Source of the DNA: Bacteroidota bacterium
GTDB taxonomy: Bacteria > Bacteroidota > Ignavibacteria > UBA10030 > SZUA-254
Direction: 5' to 3'
Length of the DNA stretch: 64,000 bases
NCBI GenBank assembly: GCA_036522515.1
Contig: DATDFQ010000041.1
Coordinates: forward strand, 65,498-129,497
Shown piece by piece: positions 26,645 through 36,935 of this stretch. Made by a program: the position numbers and the translations under genes. The notes below the pieces were generated by a model. That model made no database searches and was not told the origin of the DNA. It saw nothing but the letters and a program-made list of their open reading frames with translations. Within the stretch, counting starts at the first letter, position 1; each line of letters opens with the position of its first letter.

Positions 26645-28030
26645 TCAAAGAGCTTTGGTTTGTTGACGGAGCAGGACTGTTCCCGCCGGAGGGCCTTTAA
26701 ATTCGCCCCTCTCATAAATCTTTCGTCCCCGGAGAAACGTCATTTCCACCCTGCCGCGCAGTTTTCTTCCCTCGTAGGGTGTTATCCGGTGTTTATGAAA
26801 GAGCATCGAGGGTTCGACGGTGAACTCCTCTTCGGGGTTCCAGACGACCAGGTCGCCGTCATTGCCGGGGGCAATGGTTCCCTTGCTCGTTTCCAGTCCG
26901 ACAAACTTCGCCGGGCGGCTGCACATCCAGTTCGCCACATCGGACAACGAAAATCCCCGCGCGGCCGCTTCGGTCCAGACGATCGAAAGCCCCAGTTGCA
27001 GCGAGGCGATGCCGCCCCACGCCTTCTGAAAATCTCCGGTCCCGAGATGCTTCAATTCGGGAAGCGATGGGGAATGATCGGATACGATAAAATCGAGCAC
27101 CCCCCGTTTCAAGCCGTTCCAGAGACGGTCCCGGTTTTCACGCTCCCGTATCGGAGGCGCGCACTTGAACCTTGTATCCCCGTCCGGGATTTCTTCCGAG
27201 ACAAAATAGAGATAGTGCGGGCATGTCTCTGTGGTCAGCGGCAACCCGGATTTGCGGGATTCCTCCAGGCGTTGGAGAGCATCTGCTGAAGATACATGAA
27301 CAATGTGGACTTTGCAACTGTATTCCCTGCAAAGCCTGATCATCAAATCGATGGCGTCGTGTTCCCACCGGCGGGGGCGGGAGGCAAGATACTCCGGATA
27401 CGATCTGGGGTTTGTTCCGGCGGAAACAGGTGCTTCACCGGGAGTGAGTTCGCAATGGACGAGGAGCGGAAGCCCGGCGCGCGCGATCAGCGGCATCGCT
27501 TCTCTCAGATTCGCCTCCCGGACGTTCGGGAAGTCGTCGATCCCGGAATGGATCAGGAACGCTTTCACTCCCAGGACTCCCCCGCCGATGAGCGCGTCGA
27601 GATCGCCTCTACTGCCCGGAACGATCCCCGCATAGAATCCACAATCGACGGACAGCTTCCCCTTTGCAGCTTCGATTTTTTTCTCAAGTGCGGCGCGACT
27701 CGTGGTGACAGGAGTGCTGTTCAGGGGCATATCGACAAGCGTTGTGATACCTCCTGCGGCCGCGGCCCTCGTGGCGGTTTCAAACCCCTCCCACTCCGTG
27801 CGGCCCGGTTCGTTGATGTGGACATGGGTGTCGACGAGCCCCGGCATGACGACGGAGTCTCCCACATCCTCGATCGACGCACCTTCAGGAATTCCGCCCG
27901 TTCCGATAGAACCCGGGAAAAGAATATCCGCGATGATGCCGTCCCGAATGAGAACAGACGCTTCCCGCACGCCTTCGGGTGTCACGACCCTGCGGCTGCG
28001 GAGTATGAGCGTTGAAGAATTTTCAGGCAT
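26645..28030 (-). CDS. allB: allantoinase (cyclic amidohydrolase)
   Basis: VDTHVHINEPGRTEWEGFETATRAAAAGGITTLVDMPLN; 461 aa. Confidence 0.8.
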   Translation of the reverse strand: MPENSSTLILRSRRVVTPEGVREASVLIRDGIIADILFPGSIGTGGIPEGASIEDVGDSVVMPGLVDTHVHINEPGRTEWEGFETATRAAAAGGITTLVDMPLNSTPVTTSRAALEKKIEAAKGKLSVDCGFYAGIVPGSRGDLDALIGGGVLGVKAFLIHSGIDDFPNVREANLREAMPLIARAGLPLLVHCELTPGEAPVSAGTNPRSYPEYLASRPRRWEHDAIDLMIRLCREYSCKVHIVHVSSADALQRLEESRKSGLPLTTETCPHYLYFVSEEIPDGDTRFKCAPPIRERENRDRLWNGLKRGVLDFIVSDHSPSLPELKHLGTGDFQKAWGGIASLQLGLSIVWTEAAARGFSLSDVANWMCSRPAKFVGLETSKGTIAPGNDGDLVVWNPEEEFTVEPSMLFHKHRITPYEGRKLRGRVEMTFLRGRKIYERGEFKGPPAGTVLLRQQTKAL

Positions 28031-28050
28031 GTTGAACCAGCATCATTACG

Positions 28051-28107
28051 TTTGGGACCCGGTAGCCGCGACCTTCAGGTCGCGGACCGCAGCCTAAAGG
28101 CTGCGGC
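28051..28107. repeat. family-1 repeat copy B (GGTAGCC-[GCGACC hairpin]-GGACC-[GCAGCC hairpin]-GGCTACC)
   Basis: Nested inverted repeats read directly; lies inside the purine operon between xdhB and allB. Confidence 0.7.
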
Positions 28108-28151
28108 TACCCAAAGAAGCACCGGGACGCGGAGCGTCCTGGTATGCATTC

Positions 28152-30497
28152 CTACGAGGCTGCGGGTAAAGAGACGAGTGTACGCTCGGCCTGTTTCTTC
28201 AGGTTCTCCAGAGATAGCAGGATTGCCTCGTTGGTCGCGGGGAGCGAGAATTCCGGCTCGATTTCATGGTTGGCGACCGCAGAGATCGCATCCTTGATCG
28301 CCAGCCACACCGAAAGCGCGAGCATCAACGGGGGCTCGGCGACGGCCTTGCTCCGCCTGATCGTGTCGGGATTGGGCACATCCTGTAGAAGGGCGACTCT
28401 GAAATCCCTCGGGATATCCTGAACCGAAGGGATTTTGTAGGTATCGGGCGAGTGCGTCATGAGGTTGCCCTTTCCGTCCCACTTGACCTCCTCGGTGGTG
28501 CACCATCCCGCCCCCTGGACATAGCCCCCCTCGACCTGCCCGATGTCGATTCCCGGGTTGAGCGAATCGCCCACGTCGTGAAGGATGTCGGCGCGGAGGA
28601 TCGTGTGATGACCCGTCAGGAGATCGACGAGCACCTCGGTGATTGCCATCCCGAAGGCGTAATAGTGGAACGGCTTTCCGTGTCCTTTCTTTTTGTCCCA
28701 ACCGATATTCGGCGTCCGGTAATAGCCCGCCGCGCTCAGGCTCACCTGGCGGAGCTGCATCAAGGGCATCGCCTCGGCAAAGCCGATCGATCGGCCGGGA
28801 TGGAGCGAATCGGAGATCCGGTCGTTTTCAAAGACGATTCCTTCCGGCGAGGAGGGCGCACCGGGGTTCTTTTCCGTGAAGATGGCCGCGACCGCCTCCC
28901 CGATCCTGCCTTTGAGAATGTCGATCGCGTTCTTGACCGCCATGCCGTTCAGGTCCGCTCCCGCCGACGCCGCCGTGGCGGACGTGTTCGGAACCTTGGA
29001 GGTGTTCGTCGCATTGACCTTGACGCGGGCCGGGTTCACGCCAAATTCCGCGGCCGCGACCTGGTGCATCTTGGTGTGGAGCCCCTGCCCCATTTCCGTC
29101 CCGCCATGGTTGACCAGGATGGTTCCGTCCGTGTAGACAAGGACCAGCGCGCCTGCCTGATTTAGAAACGAGGTCGTGAACGAGATGCCGAACTTCACAG
29201 GCGTGATCGCGAGACCCTTCTTGAAGAACTCATTGGATGCGTTGAACTGATTGACGGCGTCCCTCCGCTTTCCATATTCTGCGGAGACCATCAATTGCTC
29301 CTCGATCATGAACAACCGGTTATGTTCCACGGTCTCGCCGTAGTGCGTGACGTTATTCCGTCCGGTTCCGTAATAATTCTTGAGGCGAATCTCCGCCGCA
29401 TCTTTTTTCAGCGCCCGCGCAATCCGGTCGACGACGGTTTCGATCGCGGCCATCCCCTGGGGACCCCCGAACCCACGGAATGCCGTGTTTGAAGGAAGGT
29501 TTGTCTTCCAGACCCGACCGGTGACCGACATGTTCGGGACGTAATACGCGTTGTCGCAATGGAGCATCGCACGCTCCATGATCGCGAAGGAGAGGTCGAC
29601 CGCCCCTCCGCCGTCGCTGTTCAGATCAAATTTGACCGCCAGCATACGCCCATCGTCGTCGTAGCCGGCTTCGTACCTGGTGAGAAACCTGTGCCGTTTT
29701 CCCGTGATCTTCATGTCGTCGTCGCGGAAGAGCCGGACTTTCACGGGCTTCCGCGTCGCATGACAGAGAAGGGCGGCCCAGCACGCGGTGTGGTTCCCCT
29801 GCGTTTCCTTCCCGCCGAACGCCCCGCCCATTCGCCTCACTTCCACGACGACTTCGTGCTTCCCGACGCCGAGCAGCCCCGCGATCAGGGCCTGCGTCTC
29901 GGAAGGGTGCTGCGTGGAGCTGAAGGCGGTGATCTCCCTCCCCTCTCCCGGAAGAGAGAGGCAGACCTGGGATTCGAGGTACCAGTGTTCCTGTGCGCCG
30001 GTTCGCAGTTCACCGCGGAGGCGGTGAGGGGCCAATTTCAGGGCGGCATCGGGATCCCCCCGCTCGATCTTCGCGGCCGGGCCCATCAGAGTCCCGGCCT
30101 CCATCGCACTCTCAATCGTCAGGATCGCATCGAGCGGTTCGTATTCCACACGGATCAATTTTTCTGCTTCAATGCATTGTTCTTCACGCTCGGCGGCGAT
30201 GAGAAACATGGCCTGGCCGACGAAGGTCACCTCGTCCACGGCGAGGCAAAGTTCATCCTTCACGACCGGTCCCATCTGGTTGTGCCCCGGAATGTCCCTG
30301 TACGAAAGGACCGCGTGAACCCCCGCCACCCTCGCCGCTTCGCTCAGATCGAACGACTTGATCTTCGCATGGGCATGGGGGCTATAGACGACACGGCCGG
30401 TCAGAAGCTGGTCGTTCACGAGCATGTCGTCGATATAAACGGCTTCGCCGGTGACGTGCTTCTCTGCGCTTTCGTGGGGAGTTTTAGTATGCGTCAT
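28152..30497 (-). CDS. xdhB: xanthine dehydrogenase molybdopterin-binding subunit
   Basis: 781 aa aldehyde oxidase / xanthine dehydrogenase MoCo-binding architecture (GGAFGGKE, GQGLHTKM, catalytic E near the C-terminus). Confidence 0.85.
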   Translation of the reverse strand: MTHTKTPHESAEKHVTGEAVYIDDMLVNDQLLTGRVVYSPHAHAKIKSFDLSEAARVAGVHAVLSYRDIPGHNQMGPVVKDELCLAVDEVTFVGQAMFLIAAEREEQCIEAEKLIRVEYEPLDAILTIESAMEAGTLMGPAAKIERGDPDAALKLAPHRLRGELRTGAQEHWYLESQVCLSLPGEGREITAFSSTQHPSETQALIAGLLGVGKHEVVVEVRRMGGAFGGKETQGNHTACWAALLCHATRKPVKVRLFRDDDMKITGKRHRFLTRYEAGYDDDGRMLAVKFDLNSDGGGAVDLSFAIMERAMLHCDNAYYVPNMSVTGRVWKTNLPSNTAFRGFGGPQGMAAIETVVDRIARALKKDAAEIRLKNYYGTGRNNVTHYGETVEHNRLFMIEEQLMVSAEYGKRRDAVNQFNASNEFFKKGLAITPVKFGISFTTSFLNQAGALVLVYTDGTILVNHGGTEMGQGLHTKMHQVAAAEFGVNPARVKVNATNTSKVPNTSATAASAGADLNGMAVKNAIDILKGRIGEAVAAIFTEKNPGAPSSPEGIVFENDRISDSLHPGRSIGFAEAMPLMQLRQVSLSAAGYYRTPNIGWDKKKGHGKPFHYYAFGMAITEVLVDLLTGHHTILRADILHDVGDSLNPGIDIGQVEGGYVQGAGWCTTEEVKWDGKGNLMTHSPDTYKIPSVQDIPRDFRVALLQDVPNPDTIRRSKAVAEPPLMLALSVWLAIKDAISAVANHEIEPEFSLPATNEAILLSLENLKKQAERTLVSLPAAS

Positions 30498-31977
30498 TCA
30501 GTGCCTGTGATTCGGACCGTTGTTCGGCCCTTTCTCCGTCGTATCCCACCAGAATTTCATCAGCAGGTTTCTTGCCGCGACCCGGCGGAACTCGGCGCCG
30601 GCGCGCGCGTCCGAAATCGGGGAGAAACCGCCTTCGACAAGAGGGAGAGCCTGCTCGACGGAATCTCTCTCCCATTTCTTCCCGGCGAGAAATTCTTCGG
30701 CTGCCGCCGCGCGCTTCACATGGTCCGCCATCCCCCCGTAGGCGGCGACAATCTCGGAGACACTCCCCCGGGCGTCCAGTTCGAGCCGGAATGCGCCGCT
30801 CACGGTGGAGATGTCGAGGTCTTTGCGCTTTGAGACTTTATAGGATTTTATCACGGCGCCCCGCGGAACCGGCGGAAGAATGACGGCGGTGATAAGCTCG
30901 TCCGGTTTCCGCACCGTCTTCCGGTATCCGGTGATGAACTCTCGGGCGGGAATTTCCCTCCGGCCGTTCAGGCTTTCGAGCACCACACGCGCATCGTAGG
31001 CGAGAAGGACCGGGAGCGTATCTCCGATCGGCGAAGCGGTGCCGAGGTTGCCTCCGAGCGTCGCGAGGTTTCGGATCTGCCTCGACCCGAAGACCGTCAG
31101 CATGCTCTCAAGGGCGGGGTAGCGTGGTCCCACGCGGTCCAGAATCTCGCTCAGCGAAACCGCGGCGCCGATGGTTACTCCCTCGCTCTTGGGACCGGCC
31201 TCCGTGACGGCCTTGAGTTCCGGGACATCGGAAAGGTCGATGATCTCTTTCAACAATTCGTGACCCTTGGTGACGCGAAGAGCGATATCTGTGGCTCCGC
31301 AGATGACGGTCGCTCCCGGGCGCTGATGCTTCAAGGAAAGCGCTTCCGCAAGAGTCGCGGGGCGGAGGTATCTCTGCCGCCCGGTCTCGATGTGGACCGC
31401 CTCGGCCGGTATCGATCTCAGCAACCCCGCGATGCGGGGCTCATCGGACGTGAACCGGTCGGTTCCATTGTGCACGCAGGATTCCGATGCCGCCTCTATG
31501 ATCGGCCTGTATCCCGTGCACCGGCAGAGGTTTCCCGTCAGGGCGTCGTCGATGGCTCCCCTCGAGGGGTGATCGGAGTTCTTGTAGAGGGAAAAGAGCG
31601 ACATGATGAATCCGGGCGTACAGTACCCGCACTGGCTTCCGTCCGTCTCCACCATCGCCTTTTGCACCGGATGGAGCGCACCCGATGGATCGCGGAGGTT
31701 TTCGACCGTGATGAGCTGCTTCCCGTGCAGCATCGGAAGGAACACGAGGCAGGAATCGATCGACTTGTAGGCGATCCGGTCCCCCGATCCCGCTTCTCCC
31801 AGCACAACCGTGCAGGCGCCGCAGTCCCCCTCCGCACACCCCTCCTTCACCCCCCTGTGACCTGGTAAACCCCTGAGGTAATTGAGGACGGTGGTGGTGG
31901 GACTGAGATACTCGGAGCTCTGAAAATCGATCGTCCGAAGCTCACCGTCCAACACGAATGAAATGGTCGATTGCATG
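30498..31977 (-). CDS. xdhA: xanthine dehydrogenase small subunit (2Fe-2S + FAD-binding)
   Basis: From ATG at 31977 (MQSTISFVLDG...): CAEGDCGACTV, GYCTPGF and LCRCTGYRPI iron-sulfur motifs plus FAD-binding domain. The track's upstream extension is rejected. Confidence 0.85.
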
Positions 31978-31984
31978 GTCAGTC

Positions 31985-33367
31985 TCAGAGGCGGTCGAGT
32001 AGCAGGGCGAGTTCTTTTTGAGCATTGCGCACAATGGTGCCCTCGTCGATCCCGGTAAATTCCCGCGACCGAAAGATCCACTTCCCGTCGATCATCACCG
32101 AATCGACATTCTGCGGTCCGGCCGAATAGACGATTGAAGAATAAATAGAATCTCCCGTTCCTCCCCCTGCGGCGACCGGATCCCACACCTGCTCGAGATC
32201 GAGAAGCACAATATCCGCCTTCTTGCCGATCTCGATGCTGCCGATTTCGCTTTCGAGACCCAGGGCCCTGGCTCCGCCGGAGGTCGCCATTTGGAATACC
32301 GTCTTTGCAGGCATCGCCGCCGCGCCGTGAAGCGGTTTTTGGAGAAGCGAGGCCAGGCGCATCTCGTGAAACATGTTCAAATTATTATTGCAGGGCGCCC
32401 CGTCGGCGCCGAACGAGACGGAGATGCCCTGATTCAGATAGTGCTGGATGTTAGCGATTCCGGAGGCAAGTTTCAAGTTGGATGAAGGGCAATGAGCCAC
32501 GTTCGCCCCGGTAGTTTTGAGAAGCGCCACCTCGTTTTCGTTGAGATGAATGCAGTGGGCGAGACAGGACTTCCCGGAGAGGAGTCCAAGGTGGTCGAGG
32601 TACTCGATATTCTCCATCTTGCAGCGGTCGCGGACGGCCTGAACCTCATGCTTGTTCTCGGAGGCGTGCGTATGGAAGAGGATCCCGTCGACGTGGGCAG
32701 CAATCTCGAACGCCTCCTTCATCAGCGCGTCGGTGCAGGAGAGAATGAATCGGGGGGCGACCGCGTACTTGATCCTGCCGTCGTACGAATTGTGCCATTG
32801 TTCCGCGAGCGCCCGGGTGGTGGCAACCGAGGATGTTGTCGACTCCCTCAGCCCCGGGAACGCCTCGTTCACATCCATCATGGCTTTGCCCGCAAACGCG
32901 CGGAGCCCCGACTCGCCGAGGGCGCGGATCACCTCCTCTTCGTGATTCATGCTCCCCATGTCGAGGATCGTCGTCGTGCCGCCGCGGACGAGCTCCGAAA
33001 TCCCCAGCATCGCCGACGAGTGAATCGAACGCTCGTCGTGCGCCGCCTCGAGGGGAAATATCTTCTTCCGAAGCCAGTCGAGAAGCTCAAGGTCGTCCGC
33101 CAATCCGCGGAAGAGAGTTTGACAGAGGTGGATGTGGGTCTGGACAAAACCTGGAATGGCGACGCATTCGCTCGCGTCGATAATCTCGCGGGGTGGAAAC
33201 CGGTCCATTTCCCGGGCCGGCAGTATCCCCGCAATGCGGTTGCCGTCGACGAGGATCGCCGCATCTTCCAGGATCTCTCCGTTCGGATTCCCCGTGACGA
33301 TCTTCCTGGCGTGGATGAAGGACTGCATCTGCGGCAAATTCGTGAGTGTGGAGTTGCTCCCCCTCAA
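31985..33367 (-). CDS. amidohydrolase-fold deaminase (guanine / 8-oxoguanine deaminase or chlorohydrolase family)
   Basis: PGFVQTHIHLCQTL ... HASE ... FGADGAPCNNNL metal-binding pattern of the MtaD/GuaD/AtzA group; first gene of the purine operon. Start at 33367 or 33328. Confidence 0.6.
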   Translation of the reverse strand: MRGSNSTLTNLPQMQSFIHARKIVTGNPNGEILEDAAILVDGNRIAGILPAREMDRFPPREIIDASECVAIPGFVQTHIHLCQTLFRGLADDLELLDWLRKKIFPLEAAHDERSIHSSAMLGISELVRGGTTTILDMGSMNHEEEVIRALGESGLRAFAGKAMMDVNEAFPGLRESTTSSVATTRALAEQWHNSYDGRIKYAVAPRFILSCTDALMKEAFEIAAHVDGILFHTHASENKHEVQAVRDRCKMENIEYLDHLGLLSGKSCLAHCIHLNENEVALLKTTGANVAHCPSSNLKLASGIANIQHYLNQGISVSFGADGAPCNNNLNMFHEMRLASLLQKPLHGAAAMPAKTVFQMATSGGARALGLESEIGSIEIGKKADIVLLDLEQVWDPVAAGGGTGDSIYSSIVYSAGPQNVDSVMIDGKWIFRSREFTGIDEGTIVRNAQKELALLLDRL

Positions 33368-33429
33368 TATAGGAATTAGGGGGTGAAATTCAATAAAGCG
33401 GATCCCCGGGTACTGGCTGATTTTCGTTG

Positions 33430-33493
33430 CCTTCTCGTCCCGCGACCTGAAGGTCGCGGCTACCGATACCTCGGGCTTGGTAGCCGCAGCCTT
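33430..33493. repeat. family-1 repeat copy C ([GCGACC hairpin]-GGCTACC-GATACCTCGGGCTT-GGTAGCC-[GCAGCC hairpin])
   Basis: Direct sequence; three nested hairpins. Confidence 0.7.
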
Positions 33494-33533
33494 TAGGCTG
33501 CGGGTTTTCGACTCGGGTGTTGAAATTCACCCA

Positions 33534-35099
33534 CTACTGGTCTCCGGTCGTATCGGGGATCGCCTCGAAGAGCCCCCCGTCGCTCAACTCGGCGACACTC
33601 CGCAAGGGTACTGACCGTCCTATCTCTTCAAGCGTCGGCAACACGTACCACCCCGGTGTGCGCTTGAAATAGACCAGCAGGGCGGAGCTGTCCCTGATAT
33701 CCGCCGCCATGCTTTTCATTTCGGCGCCGTACTGTTCGTTCGGGCGCTGCGTGCTGTTATTGATTTTGAGGGGAATCATGTAAGGGATTCTTCCCGTATA
33801 GAGGACGATGGGGAGCTCGAGATTCGTATAGACCGTAATATCGGCTGGAATGGACCGTGTGCGGGCGATCAACTCCGATGTCCGGTAGGCCCGGGAGGCG
33901 TATCCCTGTCCGTCCCCGCTTATTTTTCCGGAGTATTGAACTCCGGTGGTGAGAACAAGGAGTGCGATGGCACAGCAGACCACGAACGCAATAATGCGGA
34001 CGGGCACACTCCCTGTGCGTGTCAGCCATTCATATCCTGACGTTACCACGAGGACGATGAACAGAATATGGAGGGGCATCAACAACCTTGAGCTGTCGCG
34101 GAAAAGGTCGGCCTGAAAGAACGCGGCGGAAAGAATCAGGAGGGTGGCATAGAGTGCCATGTAGATCACGAGCAAGCGCGCCCGGAGCGGTTGCTCGACC
34201 GGGCGGTTCGGATTCCGCTTCCGGTTCCAGACGGGCAAGAGCCCCAGGAGAATGAAGGGCAAAAGCGACATCCACCAGGCGTCTTCGATTTTCCACTGGA
34301 AAAACCATGCGGAAGCGGCATGGAAAAAACCGTTGAGCTCGGGTTCGCCGAGGAAACCGTGCAGATCGAATCTCCTTCCCATCGGATGTTGATACTGCAT
34401 GTTCCGCAACATCCAGAGCCCCTGCGGCGCAAAGCTCATCAACCCGAATGTCATCGCCGGAAGAAATCTCCGGCTCCACGGCTTTCGCTCGAGAATCAGG
34501 ATCGAAATGATCCCGGCTGCGATCACCGCGATTCCGGCGTAGCGCGTCACGGCTGCGAGAGCGGCGAGCAGCGCTGACCCGACGAGATACCGCACACCCC
34601 GGCCCTCGAGATACCGGTCCAGTGCAAGAAGCGACGGGAGGAGAAACATGAGGAACGCTCCGTCCGAGAGCGCGACCGTGTGGTAGGCGAATAAATCGAC
34701 CGCGCCGAGCGCGAGGAGAGATGCGAAGAGGGCGACCGAAACGGACTTTCCGGAAAACCTGTAGGTGATGAGACCGACCCAGAAGATGTTGACCCCCCAG
34801 ATGGCGGCCTGAAGCCACCGCGCTCCTTCCACCGGATCGCCCCCAAAACCGGCAAGCGCAAGGAGCGAAGGGTAGAGAGGCGGAAATATCTCGACCGGCA
34901 CCCCCTCGAGAGTCCATCCGCGCCCCTGCAACAAGCTCCGGGCCATCATGATGTACATGACCGAATCCGGGTAGATTCCGATCCCTGAGGAGGTCGTGGC
35001 AAGGAGCCAGAGAGCACCGAGGAGCGCCGGAACTCCAAGGAGCGGAAGGCCGAAGAACCGTTTCCAGTCCCGGCGGGCGATCGTCGTTTGGTCAATCAA
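33534..35099 (-). CDS. GT39/GT83-like (ArnT/PMT-type) membrane glycosyltransferase family protein
   Basis: Polytopic membrane protein with N-terminal DS/Y-containing loop, about 11 TM helices and a C-terminal soluble domain. Confidence 0.5.
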   Translation of the reverse strand: MIDQTTIARRDWKRFFGLPLLGVPALLGALWLLATTSSGIGIYPDSVMYIMMARSLLQGRGWTLEGVPVEIFPPLYPSLLALAGFGGDPVEGARWLQAAIWGVNIFWVGLITYRFSGKSVSVALFASLLALGAVDLFAYHTVALSDGAFLMFLLPSLLALDRYLEGRGVRYLVGSALLAALAAVTRYAGIAVIAAGIISILILERKPWSRRFLPAMTFGLMSFAPQGLWMLRNMQYQHPMGRRFDLHGFLGEPELNGFFHAASAWFFQWKIEDAWWMSLLPFILLGLLPVWNRKRNPNRPVEQPLRARLLVIYMALYATLLILSAAFFQADLFRDSSRLLMPLHILFIVLVVTSGYEWLTRTGSVPVRIIAFVVCCAIALLVLTTGVQYSGKISGDGQGYASRAYRTSELIARTRSIPADITVYTNLELPIVLYTGRIPYMIPLKINNSTQRPNEQYGAEMKSMAADIRDSSALLVYFKRTPGWYVLPTLEEIGRSVPLRSVAELSDGGLFEAIPDTTGDQ

Positions 35100-35177
35100 G
35101 CCGGCTCATCCTCCCCCCGGGCTCACCGGGAGAAGAGACCCCGGTCCTGTCGAACGAACAGATCCTGACTGTTCCGA

Positions 35178-36176
35178 TCACTCTCCCCCGACCAAATCCA
35201 GGCTGTAGGTGACGTTGAAGAGAAGATTGAACCCCGCGGTCTGCTGGATGCCGTGCACATCCTCGTGAACCGGAATCTGGACGAACGCATAGCCGTGGAG
35301 CGCGTCGCTGAACTGCAATCCCAGGCCGGGGCTCAGAAAGATCCAGGTGCCGCCGGTATTCTCGCGAGGCTCGTCGGTCAGCCCCGGGTCCGCGTAATCC
35401 TGTACTCTCGCGTTGAGCTGCAGCAACAGGTTTGCACGGTCAAGGATCTGGTAGGCGGTACCGACATTCGCGAGAAACGTATTCCCGTATCTGTAGTCGT
35501 CCGTTCCCTTCCCCGTAAATTGGTAGGAGAGCCCCAACTGCAGGGGGAGGGTCGCATATTTTCCCGAGAGCGTCGGAACGGTCGCGATGTTCTGATCGAA
35601 TTGAATTCCCGCTATGCCGTCCACCGCTCCGTCCCCCGGTTGGATGGTCACCTCCGCCTCCTCCCCCTCCGCGTTCCGGATCCCCGTGATCCCGGTCGCA
35701 AATTTGATCCCTCCGAGGATGCTGACGCTCGGAGAGAACTCGGACGAGTCGGAGGCGATGACCAGGTAATGACCGTTGAGCACCATATCTCCCAGCCCGC
35801 TGAAATCCCACGACTCCCACGCGGCATTGATCCCTTCGTGCTGGATGTGGCTGTGTTCGCGGTGAACGAACGGCACGTTCAAATCCATGCTCAGCCGGTC
35901 GGTGACTCCCAGTTGAAACTGGAGCGTGTTCTTCTCGTTGAGAGTCTCCACCTCATCGTGGTGGCCGGGGATCGCTCCGACAAACGATCTGGAAGACCCG
36001 ACATAAATCTGGTTCTGAAAGATGTATTCATGCGAAAGGCCGACGCAAAACCATCCTCCGTTGAGAGTCCGGAACGTATTCAGAGGACAGCTGGCGGCTC
36101 CGCAACTCCTCGGGAAGGCAGTCGCGGGGAGAAGGAGAAGAATCCACACCAGGATGAAGACCGTATGCCGCTTCAT
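35178..36176 (-). CDS. outer-membrane beta-barrel protein (MetA-pathway/putative transporter-like) with His-rich motifs
   Basis: Signal peptide; alternating beta-strand pattern ending in an aromatic C-terminus; PGHHDE, HREHSHIQHEG and HEDVHG motifs; start overlaps the anti-sigma stop by 4 bp. Confidence 0.5.
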   Translation of the reverse strand: MKRHTVFILVWILLLLPATAFPRSCGAASCPLNTFRTLNGGWFCVGLSHEYIFQNQIYVGSSRSFVGAIPGHHDEVETLNEKNTLQFQLGVTDRLSMDLNVPFVHREHSHIQHEGINAAWESWDFSGLGDMVLNGHYLVIASDSSEFSPSVSILGGIKFATGITGIRNAEGEEAEVTIQPGDGAVDGIAGIQFDQNIATVPTLSGKYATLPLQLGLSYQFTGKGTDDYRYGNTFLANVGTAYQILDRANLLLQLNARVQDYADPGLTDEPRENTGGTWIFLSPGLGLQFSDALHGYAFVQIPVHEDVHGIQQTAGFNLLFNVTYSLDLVGGE

Positions 36177-36934
36177 GATTGCTCCTTGGTCAGTATGCTC
36201 TCAAGTTCCTGAAGATCCGCGGGCGCGATGTCGGATACGGCCCAGAACGTCATTCCGTGAGCGGTCCACCGGAGGAGATTGTACCCCTGCCGCATGGTCG
36301 CTTTCACTCCCGCATCGGCTCCCGCCTGGACCGGCCAGACGTAGAGATTGATGACATGCTTTCTGCGTTGATAAACCAACGCGGCGACCGGCCGGTTCCC
36401 CATGTATTCCAGGCGGCCGCCGACCAGCGCAAACCCCTGCCGGCTCAGGTCTGATACCAGCGGGGAGAAATCGAGTTTGCCGTTGAACCATGGTTTGACG
36501 GTATGCTGATCGGAAGAGACGACGTCTGTCAGGTGGTCGGCCATGAGCGACCGCACATGGCCCGAGACCAGCTCCTGTTCCAGCGCGCTTTCGGCCGAGG
36601 AATTCTTCAGAATCGAAACAAGGCTCCAGACGGCGACGAGGGCTACTGCCAGTCCGATTCCAAGCCGCCGCCAACCCCAGGGAACGATCCGGGGGGAGGC
36701 TCCGGATTTTTCCCCTGCGTGGAGCGCCGCCCGGACGCGTGTTTCGAGCCCCGGCGGTGCTTCATAATAGAGCGAGCCCTCGTAAAGAGCCGTTCGCAGA
36801 ACACGGTGGTTTTCCCTCGCCCGTGCGCACGAGGCGCATGTCCGCAGATGCTCTTCGACCTCAAGGGAACGGGCCAGATCAAGCTCGCCGTCGATGTAGG
36901 CGTTCAACAGTTTTTCAGTTTCAGCGCAAGTCAA
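36173..36934 (-). CDS. anti-sigma factor (zinc-finger HxxxCxxC, single TM)
   Basis: HLRTCASCARA ZAS-like motif; one TM helix; a 1-bp gap separates the upstream sigma gene stop from this gene's start. Confidence 0.65.
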   Translation of the reverse strand: MTCAETEKLLNAYIDGELDLARSLEVEEHLRTCASCARARENHRVLRTALYEGSLYYEAPPGLETRVRAALHAGEKSGASPRIVPWGWRRLGIGLAVALVAVWSLVSILKNSSAESALEQELVSGHVRSLMADHLTDVVSSDQHTVKPWFNGKLDFSPLVSDLSRQGFALVGGRLEYMGNRPVAALVYQRRKHVINLYVWPVQAGADAGVKATMRQGYNLLRWTAHGMTFWAVSDIAPADLQELESILTKEQS

Positions 36935-36935
36935 T

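Noticed and set aside
30498-32186. N-terminal 70-codon extension of xdhA
   Set aside because: Extension (MGSGRRRGRNGRF...) overlaps the 3' end of the upstream deaminase gene. The conserved XdhA N-terminus begins at MQSTISFVLDG (ATG 31977).
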